52,724 nucleotides of DNA, taken from positions 1 to 52,724 of IMG/VR virus record IMGVR_UViG_3300013800_000015; one strand, 5' to 3'. This document shows, piece after piece, positions 9,038 through 15,662 of this stretch. The stretch comes from a virus. The notes beneath the pieces are model-generated. The model ran no database searches and had not been told where the DNA came from. It saw only the letters and a program-made list of their open reading frames with translations. Position numbers and translations under genes: made by a program. The first letter of the stretch is position 1; every line of letters starts with the position of its first letter.

Positions 9038-9238
9038 ATGAAAACATTTAAAGAAAACGGCGTGGAATACTCGATTAGACAAGATATGGGACGCAAAGGT
9101 ATTCAGTATAAAGCGCGGTATGTTTCTGATCCAACGGTTACCGAAGCCTGGGTTTTCTTGCCGGGAAGAAAACACACAAGAAAACAGATAGTAGCCGCTA
9201 TTGATCGTGTCAACACATACAATGAACTAGACGAATAA
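9038..9238 (+). CDS. Hypothetical protein (66 aa).
   Basis: ATG 9038 follows the conserved RBS. The track start at 8933 would read through the promoter. Confidence 0.6.
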   Translation: MKTFKENGVEYSIRQDMGRKGIQYKARYVSDPTVTEAWVFLPGRKHTRKQIVAAIDRVNTYNELDE

Positions 9239-9271
9239 TCAAAACACAACTAATAGAAAAGGAGAAACACA

Positions 9272-9568
9272 ATGAGACTAACCGTTTATCTTGACGACGG
9301 GCACAAAAACTCAAGTGCTGCAATCAAAATTTCCGGTCTGTATGAGGAAGCATTTGAGCCGATACGCACAAATGATCACCCGCTCATGTGCCTTATGGAA
9401 CCAGGCAGTATGACAATGTCATCACAGGCATTTACAATTAAACGTAAATTAAGGGAGGATGCGGCTGAAGCTTTGGCCAAAGAATTGGCAAAGGTTTTAA
9501 TTCGGCAAATGGAGCAATACGACTACCACAATGGGTACCAAAAGGAGAACCAAAATGATCGTGTTTAA
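9272..9568 (+). CDS. Hypothetical protein.
   Basis: 98-aa ORF behind aatagaaaaggagaaacacaATG. Confidence 0.6.
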   Translation: MRLTVYLDDGHKNSSAAIKISGLYEEAFEPIRTNDHPLMCLMEPGSMTMSSQAFTIKRKLREDAAEALAKELAKVLIRQMEQYDYHNGYQKENQNDRV

Positions 9569-9588
9569 AAAGGGAACTATATACGAGA

Positions 9589-9610
9589 CTGCACCAAATA
9601 GTTGGTGCAG
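9589..9610 (+). terminator. 9-bp stem-loop (loop ATAG) at the left border of the AT-rich island.
   Basis: ctgcaccaa (9589-9597) pairs with ttggtgcag (9602-9610). No clear U-tract. Confidence 0.35.
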
Positions 9611-9640
9611 AATAATACTAAGTTAAATAAGGGGCGTTCC

Positions 9641-9838
9641 ATGAAAAATCACATGAGTATAACGGAGTTCTACAAGCGGTTTCCAAATGATGAAGCAAAA
9701 AAAGAGCGCCAGACTTTAGGAGTTATATACACTGGTGATTGTCTTCAAATAATGAAAACTCTTAAATCTGAGTCTATTCGAGTGGCATGTATCCCTTTAC
9801 AGCAAGTAAAGAAAGACTTTTCAGGAAGGCTCAAATAG
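9641..9838 (+). pseudogene. Probable remnant of a DNA methyltransferase N-terminus, truncated before the DPPY motif.
   Basis: GVIYTGDCLQIMKTLKSESI matches the usual N4/N6 MTase N-terminus (IYxGDCLxxxKxLxxxSI). The expected D-x-I-x-TDPPY does not follow, and the ORF stops about 20 codons later. Confidence 0.4.
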
Positions 9839-9886
9839 CGCAGAATACCATCTAATTAAAACATAAATATAAAATTTGGAGTATGA

Positions 9887-12277
9887 ATGGCAGCAGCACG
9901 AATTTCTGAACAACGAGCGCGTACCGTAACCAAAGAACTTCTTACTTTTCGTGGTTGGGACTTGCGTCCCGTATCATCTGGTGGACAGTTACTTGAAGAG
10001 TCGGAATATTTAGATTATCCATCGCTGAGAAGTATTTTCGAGAAAAAATCAAAAACAGGTCCCGGCATTGGCAAGCCAGATTTTCTGCTTGTTGATTCAG
10101 CCAAGAGCCTAAAGCCACTTGTCGTTATAGATACCAAACCGCGCACAAGCGATATTGCGGCTTCTATGCGTGATACTGAACACTATGGCGATGCTGTCCA
10201 TCTTGCAGGTCAGCAGGTGCTTTCTGTGGCGGTGGCCGGAGCTGAACGTGAAGTTTGCGCTGTAAAGGTTAGGCGGCGAATCGCTGGCAAATGGAAAGAC
10301 CTAACTTTGCACAACGAGGCGATAGATTGGATTCCATCTCCAACGCAAACAGCAACCATCCTTTCGCTCCATAACCGCATTGAAGTTTCAGCGGAATGCC
10401 CAAGCCCAGAAATCTTGGCAGAACAAGCAGCCCGCCTGAATGAAATATTTCGTGAATGTAAGATCAAGGATGAATATAGGCCAATATACGCGGCTACATT
10501 TATGCTTGGCCTTTGGTTTAAGGATGTAATTTCTGATCAGGACGTAGTATTGACCCAGATAAACGACAATGCTGGGAAGGCATTAAAGATTGCGCAGAAA
10601 AGCGAGCTTTCTCAAAGCTTGCGAGTCGATACAGAAAACGAAGACCTTGCACAACGAGCATGGCAGATCATTGATATTCTGACAAAACTAAACATACGGT
10701 CTTTTCTTCACGAACACGATTATCTCGGGCAGCTTTACGAAACATTCTTTCGCTATACAGGCGGCAATACGATAGGGCAGTATTTCACTCCTAGACACAT
10801 CATAGATATGATGTGCGAGTTAACCGCAATTACTCCGAATGATATTGTTTTTGATCCTGCTTGCGGAACAGGTGGTTTTCTAATTGGTGCTTTACGCCGA
10901 ATGATTCGCTTGAAAAGGATGGATTACGAGCAGGCGGTAAAGCAAATCCATCAAAACATATATGGTATAGAGTCAGAGCCAGCCACGGCAGCGCTATGTA
11001 TAGCAAATATGATTTTGCGCGGTGATGGGAAGAGCGGGATTATTAGGGCTGATTGTTTTTCAAAAACTAACTATCCACCCAAAGAGGCAGATGTTGCTCT
11101 GCTCAATCCTCCGTTTCCGCATAAAAAAACTGACACTCCATCCACCAAATTCATTGACCGTGCTCTAGATGGCGTGAGAAACAAAGGATTGGTTGCAAGC
11201 ATTGTTCCGTACTCATTGCTTGTTAATGTGGGCGAGTGGCACAAACACCTATTAAAGAATAATAGTTTGTTGTTTGTGGCAACAATGCCGCCAGATTTAT
11301 TTAGCCCATATGCATCCTTCAATACTGCCGTTGTCGTTATACAAAAAGGTATACCGCATTCTGGCGCAAAGGTATTTTTCGCTAGGCTATGGAATGACGG
11401 CTTCAAGCTGAAGAAGAATAATAGAGTGAGTCAGGGCGGATCACAGATCGAACAAATACAAGTGGCATATCAAGAAAAAATCCAAATTCCTGAATTAACT
11501 ACATTCAAGCAAGTTACGCCAGATTCAACCGAATGGTCTCCTGAAGCATTTATTGAGAACGCCGCGCACACAGATGAGGATTTTATCCGCGCCTTCGAGG
11601 CGCATTTGCGACTACACGCATCGTTCTATGTTTCGTATGGCTATCGACTGCTTGACGGAGAGTCAAAAAATGGAATAGGAATAGTGCCTCGCATCTTTCA
11701 CGCGAGATCATCACTTTCATTCGATAAAATAAAATTCGGCGCATTCAAACTATCAGATTATTTTGACGTAACGCTAGGCGGAAAGGAAGAGATTGAAGAC
11801 TTGGAAGATGGTGGCAACATACCAATCGTTTCTACAAGCGAATTTAACAATGGCGTTACAGCCTGGAAGGCTGCAAAAAGAGTTTATGGCCCAGATGTAA
11901 TTACTGTCGCAACCGATGGAAGCACTTGCTCAAGCTTTGTTCAAGAGTATTCATTTTATGCGTTTTACAAGGTCGCAATTCTTCGGCCAACACAAGACAT
12001 CCCGATAGATGCTCTCTACTATATTTCGTATTTGTTGAAACGTGAAAAATGGAGATATGTGTACGCCCGGAAATTCGGAAAGGGTCGCTTATTAACCACA
12101 ACGCTTTATGGCCCTATTAAAAAAGATGGTTGCCCGGACTTCGAGACAATGGCTGCTCTAACCCGCCAATCCGCGTCTTACAGCATCATTGAATCTTTTC
12201 GAGAGGCACACTCTGACATGAAAAAAAAGGTTGAAAAATCCGCTAATCAAAAGAATAAGAGAAAACAAATGACTTGA
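9887..12277 (+). CDS. Single-chain type IIG-like restriction-modification enzyme: PD-(D/E)XK nuclease, gamma-class N6-adenine MTase and an HsdS-like TRD.
   Basis: GKPDFLLVD...VVIDTKP (PD..DxK) at the N-terminus. QYFTPRHI, VFDPACGTGGFL (motif I) and LLNPPFPHK (motif IV) in the centre. The C-terminal ~200 aa resemble a specificity domain. 796 aa. Confidence 0.7.
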   Translation: MAAARISEQRARTVTKELLTFRGWDLRPVSSGGQLLEESEYLDYPSLRSIFEKKSKTGPGIGKPDFLLVDSAKSLKPLVVIDTKPRTSDIAASMRDTEHYGDAVHLAGQQVLSVAVAGAEREVCAVKVRRRIAGKWKDLTLHNEAIDWIPSPTQTATILSLHNRIEVSAECPSPEILAEQAARLNEIFRECKIKDEYRPIYAATFMLGLWFKDVISDQDVVLTQINDNAGKALKIAQKSELSQSLRVDTENEDLAQRAWQIIDILTKLNIRSFLHEHDYLGQLYETFFRYTGGNTIGQYFTPRHIIDMMCELTAITPNDIVFDPACGTGGFLIGALRRMIRLKRMDYEQAVKQIHQNIYGIESEPATAALCIANMILRGDGKSGIIRADCFSKTNYPPKEADVALLNPPFPHKKTDTPSTKFIDRALDGVRNKGLVASIVPYSLLVNVGEWHKHLLKNNSLLFVATMPPDLFSPYASFNTAVVVIQKGIPHSGAKVFFARLWNDGFKLKKNNRVSQGGSQIEQIQVAYQEKIQIPELTTFKQVTPDSTEWSPEAFIENAAHTDEDFIRAFEAHLRLHASFYVSYGYRLLDGESKNGIGIVPRIFHARSSLSFDKIKFGAFKLSDYFDVTLGGKEEIEDLEDGGNIPIVSTSEFNNGVTAWKAAKRVYGPDVITVATDGSTCSSFVQEYSFYAFYKVAILRPTQDIPIDALYYISYLLKREKWRYVYARKFGKGRLLTTTLYGPIKKDGCPDFETMAALTRQSASYSIIESFREAHSDMKKKVEKSANQKNKRKQMT

Positions 12278-12339
12278 CTTCTACGCAAATTTCTGTAGAA
12301 TAACGATATCAACAACTTTTAATAGAAAAGGAGAAACAC
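12274..12339 (+). promoter_or_regulatory. Conserved early promoter plus leader cassette, copy 3. The -35 overlaps the TGA of the R-M gene.
   Basis: TTGACT (12274-12279), 16-nt spacer, TAGAAT (12296-12301), then the leader ..aatagaaaaggagaaacacATG. Confidence 0.75.
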
Positions 12340-12948
12340 ATGAACGAGAAAACATTTGCAGAATATAACGAAGCCAGCGTAAAGGTTAGCTTTTGGTTAG
12401 ATTCCTCAGGTGACGTCGGCTTTTGCTTTCAGGCTAGTCACATAGGTGGGGCTACACCAGAGAATTTGGCCACAACAAGAAAAGGAATGCTGAAATTTAG
12501 CGATAAGCTACAAGAATTAATCATGCGGCAAAAAGAACTTGCCCCAAAAACAGAACAACCCAAAAAATATTGTTACGGCTTCTACCCCGATCCTGAATTA
12601 TTCTACGACTGGGAAACGTTTCAAGACATGCTCTTTGATGGAAGACTGCACGGGGAAGAGGTTGAGGTTGTTCGTGGTGTGCGGGTGGAAGTTGACAACG
12701 AAGATTTTATCTCTCCACATCAAATAGGAGAAGATATTCTTGCCCAGGCCGATGACGAAGGCGGTGAATATGCGGAAGCATACGTAGAGGAAGTTTCGGC
12801 CTTCTTTGACAACAATGAAGAAAAAGTGCGTGCGGTACTGTCGCAAATGATGGAACTATCCGATATTCGCCCAACATTCTTTTCCGTCGATAAGGAAGAA
12901 ACCGTTACCGTAGTTGTGGGCAATCGGGACGAAGGGCACATAAAATAA
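12340..12948 (+). CDS. Hypothetical protein with a strongly acidic C-terminal half.
   Basis: 202-aa ORF behind the conserved leader. Contains EDILAQADDEGGEYAEAYVEEVSAFFDNNEE. Confidence 0.65.
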   Translation: MNEKTFAEYNEASVKVSFWLDSSGDVGFCFQASHIGGATPENLATTRKGMLKFSDKLQELIMRQKELAPKTEQPKKYCYGFYPDPELFYDWETFQDMLFDGRLHGEEVEVVRGVRVEVDNEDFISPHQIGEDILAQADDEGGEYAEAYVEEVSAFFDNNEEKVRAVLSQMMELSDIRPTFFSVDKEETVTVVVGNRDEGHIK

Positions 12949-12978
12949 GCAAATTAATCTTTAACGCAAGGGGCTGAA

Positions 12979-13146
12979 ATGGGACAAGCTAAGCAAAGAG
13001 GTACAGTTGAAGAAAGAAAAGCTCAGGCTATTGTGGAGGGCAGAACTCCAGGCTGGAGAGCAAGGGAAAGAGAGGAAAACAGGAAGTTTATCGACGAGCT
13101 AACTAAGAAGATTATGGCTAAACTTTTTGATGGAAAACTACCTTGA
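12979..13146 (+). CDS. Mini-ORF, 55 aa, basic and helical. Not in the ORF track.
   Basis: MGQAKQRGTVEERKAQAIVEGRTPGWRAREREENRKFIDELTKKIMAKLFDGKLP. Its TGA overlaps the next -35 box. Confidence 0.4.
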   Translation: MGQAKQRGTVEERKAQAIVEGRTPGWRAREREENRKFIDELTKKIMAKLFDGKLP

Positions 13147-13208
13147 CTTCTACGCCAATTTCTGTAGAATAAGGCTATCAACAAATTTCAATAGAAAAGG
13201 AGAAGGGC
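13143..13208 (+). promoter_or_regulatory. Conserved early promoter plus leader cassette, copy 4.
   Basis: TTGACT (13143-13148), 16-nt spacer, TAGAAT (13165-13170), then the leader ..aatagaaaaggagaagggcATG. Confidence 0.75.
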
Positions 13209-13364
13209 ATGTGTGATACCAACAAGCAGCAGCCTATACTACCTGTCAGTTTTACGTATTGCGGGCTGACCGTAGAAATAGCACCACCGACACCAGAGGA
13301 GACGGAATGGATGAAGGTTGTGTGCGATGACGTGGAATATTTTATACCAACCACAACGGAATAA
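13209..13364 (+). CDS. Mini-ORF, 51 aa. Not in the ORF track.
   Basis: ATG follows the conserved leader. MCDTNKQQPILPVSFTYCGLTVEIAPPTPEETEWMKVVCDDVEYFIPTTTE. Confidence 0.45.
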   Translation: MCDTNKQQPILPVSFTYCGLTVEIAPPTPEETEWMKVVCDDVEYFIPTTTE

Positions 13365-13709
13365 ATAATGTGCGCCGCAAACCAAGAAAAGGAGTGCCCG
13401 GTGTTTCAGGAATTAGTAGATTTTGAAGAGATACGGTTGCTTGGGCCGTATTGGAAACGGACGTGGTAAAATAGCAGTAATTACGGACAGCCTGGATCAA
13501 ACATTGATACCCTACCGAGTGTTTGGTTCTCGATAAACATCCTAGAGGTAAGGAATCGATGACACCCAGGAAAGACGGGCACTAAGAAGGATAAGCACTG
13601 GTCATTATCAGTGAAGCTGTGAAATGGGTCTGCATACCCGCAAAAATGCAGTTACTCAGCGGAGTCTTGTGGAATCCAAGCGAATTTTATAATAAACAGG
13701 AGAATTGAT

Positions 13710-13889
13710 ATGACAACTACAGTAACAGTTGAAGCACACTGCGACGAAAAAAAAGAAGTTCACATCGATATTTGTGAAGATCCTTGTAATCAAAACGCAA
13801 ATCACAAAAAAGTTCTGCAAAACGGAGATAAGCATTCTTTGGTTGTGTATGACAACAAATCTGTAACAGTCAGGGAAATTCTCAAATAG
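13710..13889 (+). CDS. Mini-ORF, 59 aa. Not in the ORF track.
   Basis: RBS acaggagaattgatATG. MTTTVTVEAHCDEKKEVHIDICEDPCNQNANHKKVLQNGDKHSLVVYDNKSVTVREILK. The 106-aa minus-strand ORF overlapping it looks like an antisense shadow. Confidence 0.45.
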   Translation: MTTTVTVEAHCDEKKEVHIDICEDPCNQNANHKKVLQNGDKHSLVVYDNKSVTVREILK

Positions 13890-13980
13890 TTTTTGTTGGT
13901 AGCTGTAGAAAAGTGTGCTGAAAGTACCCCGTAAACTATATGCTAGGTAGGCACATCTGGATGAGATTGGGCGCAAGGGT

Positions 13981-14015
13981 TAACAAAACCAGTGCAAATT
14001 CTGGTATTTCAATGG
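13981..14015 (+). repeat. 35-nt conserved element, copy 1 (taacaaaaccagtgcaaattctggtatttcaatgg).
   Basis: 34 of 35 nt identical to 14274-14308. Contains the hairpin ACCAG-N8-CTGGT and is followed by a second GC-rich hairpin, ccaggg..ccctgg. Confidence 0.85.
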
Positions 14016-14063
14016 AGGTAACCAGGGTCGCCTACGTGCCCTGGAATTAATAGGAGATATTAA

Positions 14064-14243
14064 GTGAAGGAGTTATCTGAATTACCAAAAGAGTTACAAG
14101 AAGAAATCGTGGCTACTAAACTGGCCTGCATGAGTGATACTAAAGAGCGTGATATGCACACAAAAGTTGATAACTTAAAACTTCAAATAGACGAAATTAA
14201 GAATCAAATAGTGGTAAACCAAGACCGCAACTGTACCTTGTAA
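14064..14243 (+). CDS. Mini-ORF, 59 aa, coiled-coil-like, GTG start. Not in the ORF track.
   Basis: RBS taggagatattaaGTG. KELSELPKELQEEIVATKLACMSDTKERDMHTKVDNLKLQIDEIKNQIVVNQDRNCTL. Confidence 0.4.
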   Translation: MKELSELPKELQEEIVATKLACMSDTKERDMHTKVDNLKLQIDEIKNQIVVNQDRNCTL

Positions 14244-14273
14244 CGCAAGCATGCCGGGATCAGCTCCGGCCAC

Positions 14274-14308
14274 TAACAAAACCAGTGCAAATTCTGGTGT
14301 TTCAATGG
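14274..14308 (+). repeat. 35-nt conserved element, copy 2.
   Basis: taacaaaaccagtgcaaattctggtgtttcaatgg, followed by the hairpin ctcccg..cggggg, 57 nt upstream of the PEP-CTERM gene start. Confidence 0.85.
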
Positions 14309-14365
14309 GCGCGTTCTCCCGGCGCAATACGGGGGACAACATAAACCACTTTAAAGGAAATCAAA

Positions 14366-14959
14366 ATGAAACAACGAAATTGGTCAGCAGGTTCTTTATT
14401 TGTACTAACAAGTTTTCTGTTCTTATTCTTGACCTTCGTCTTTACTTCCGTAGCATCCGCCCAAGACTACCGCTACACTGTTGCAAAGGATGGCTTTGTC
14501 AGTGGTTTCTTCGGTGGGCAAACTGCGGCATATGACAGCGATTTGTCTTTGATCGCGGAAGGCTACCCTGACACTGATCGACATATCAGCAACCATGTTG
14601 CGAAGCTTGGGGAAATGACAACATTCGGTTGGTACGCGGCGGGAACGGAATTAACATTTAAGCTATTCGTTCACAATACCGGCGATACCTTCTACTCGAA
14701 TACCGCAATGAATCCGGATGGCCTGGAACATGCCCGAGCGTTTCAATTCGCCTTGCCCAACGGATCGTTATCCGCATTTACCCCAGTGATCTTCATGGGC
14801 TTCGAGGATTTGATGGGCGGTGGCGACATGGACTTCAATGACAGTATGGCCATGTTCTCGAATGTGGTCATGGTTCCGGTTCCTGAGCCAAGTTCTATTG
14901 CTATGTTGTTGGCCGGGCTTGGTTTGCTGGGGTTTGCGCGAAAGGCTTTCCTATCCTAG
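14366..14959 (+). CDS. Secreted DUF4114-like protein with a PEP-CTERM sorting signal.
   Basis: Signal peptide ...FVFTSVASA/QD. GFEDLMGGGDMDFNDSMAMF (DUF4114-type motif). C-terminal VPEPSSIAMLLAGLGLLGFARK (PEP motif, TM helix, then basic residues). Confidence 0.85.
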   Translation: MKQRNWSAGSLFVLTSFLFLFLTFVFTSVASAQDYRYTVAKDGFVSGFFGGQTAAYDSDLSLIAEGYPDTDRHISNHVAKLGEMTTFGWYAAGTELTFKLFVHNTGDTFYSNTAMNPDGLEHARAFQFALPNGSLSAFTPVIFMGFEDLMGGGDMDFNDSMAMFSNVVMVPVPEPSSIAMLLAGLGLLGFARKAFLS

Positions 14960-14974
14960 TTACCTATCACAAAC

Positions 14975-15011
14975 AAAAGCCCACACAATGTTCAAAATCG
15001 TGTGGGCTTTT
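14975..15011. terminator. Bidirectional intrinsic terminator at the convergence of the early and late arms.
   Basis: aaaagcccacac (14975-14986) pairs with gtgtgggctttt (15000-15011). An 8-bp GC-rich core is flanked by A4 and T4. Confidence 0.8.
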
Positions 15012-15027
15012 CTATTGTACCGTGCAG

Positions 15028-15369
15028 CTAAAACCGCAATGCCTCTCGCTTACGCCACGCAGCTTTGGCCAACGGATGATAAGTAACCCCAAGCCATCGA
15101 ACACAAGCAAGTATGTAGTGCCCCTTGCTCCAAAGCCCACGGAAGAATTCAAGGTTAGCATTCTCGAAGCTGATCAGCTTCCCAGCGAAGTCCACACCGG
15201 TTCTGAAATAAAAATCATGCTTTACGCACTCATCCACGCAAATATCCGGGACACCAGTACAACCATCACTTTTTATGTACCAGCGTATTTTGTCAATGTC
15301 TGCTTGAGTAAGTGAGGCCGGATCGCCGGTAGACAGGCTTGCAACGAAATCGATTAGGTCGCTGTTCAT
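15028..15369 (-). CDS. Prokaryotic phospholipase-A2-like protein (HD dyad motif).
   Basis: SDGCTGVPD...CVKHDFYFRTG resembles the bacterial PLA2 signature C-[ST]-x-x-PD ... C-x-[RK]-H-D-F-x-[YF]-R. 113 aa. Last gene of the late arm. Confidence 0.5.
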   Translation of the reverse strand: MNSDLIDFVASLSTGDPASLTQADIDKIRWYIKSDGCTGVPDICVDECVKHDFYFRTGVDFAGKLISFENANLEFFRGLWSKGHYILACVRWLGVTYHPLAKAAWRKREALRF

Positions 15370-15659
15370 ATGAATAAAATGTTTTCCTTGTCTAAGTCCA
15401 TACCTAATCGGTCTCCTGTGGACATAACAGACACCATACGTACCTCATACACACCGACGGTATCAATGTCCGTATCCTCTATATGTAATATGGCGGTGGT
15501 GTCGCTTAGTACAATATCTCCAGCCATAATAGTGTAATCAACAGAAACGCCCGAACTGACGTTCTTTACGGCTATCTGTATGTCTTCGATATCTGCGGCT
15601 AGTACCCCGGAAATATCAAAGCGTATGTATACGTCAGTTAGTATTAGCTTTTTTATCAC
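15366..15659 (-). CDS. Hypothetical late protein.
   Basis: 97-aa ORF, translationally coupled to its neighbours. Confidence 0.55.
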   Translation of the reverse strand: MIKKLILTDVYIRFDISGVLAADIEDIQIAVKNVSSGVSVDYTIMAGDIVLSDTTAILHIEDTDIDTVGVYEVRMVSVMSTGDRLGMDLDKENILFI

Positions 15660-15662
15660 AAA

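Noticed and set aside
13656-13976. 106-aa minus-strand ORF in the accessory block.
   Set aside because: The translation is Phe/Cys/Tyr-rich junk-like sequence with no RBS, and it opposes the direction of every neighbouring gene. The plus-strand 59-aa ORF with a good RBS explains the region better.
8909-14249. The 9-mer TAACGCAAG recurs at 8909, 12961 and 14241, twice containing a gene's TAA stop codon.
   Set aside because: Three copies of a 9-mer is only mildly above chance, and the flanks share nothing else. It is recorded but not interpreted.
13981-14365. A sigma54 (-24 GG / -12 GC) promoter associated with the duplicated 35-nt element, as might be expected for PEP-CTERM genes.
   Set aside because: Only copy 1 has a passable GG-N10-GC match (gGGtcgcctacgTGCc). 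No equivalent exists downstream of copy 2, which is the copy that precedes the PEP-CTERM gene.
15022-15315. 97-aa plus-strand ORF overlapping the PLA2-like gene.
   Set aside because: It starts downstream of the bidirectional terminator and has no RBS. The minus-strand frame carries the recognisable motif and operon coupling.
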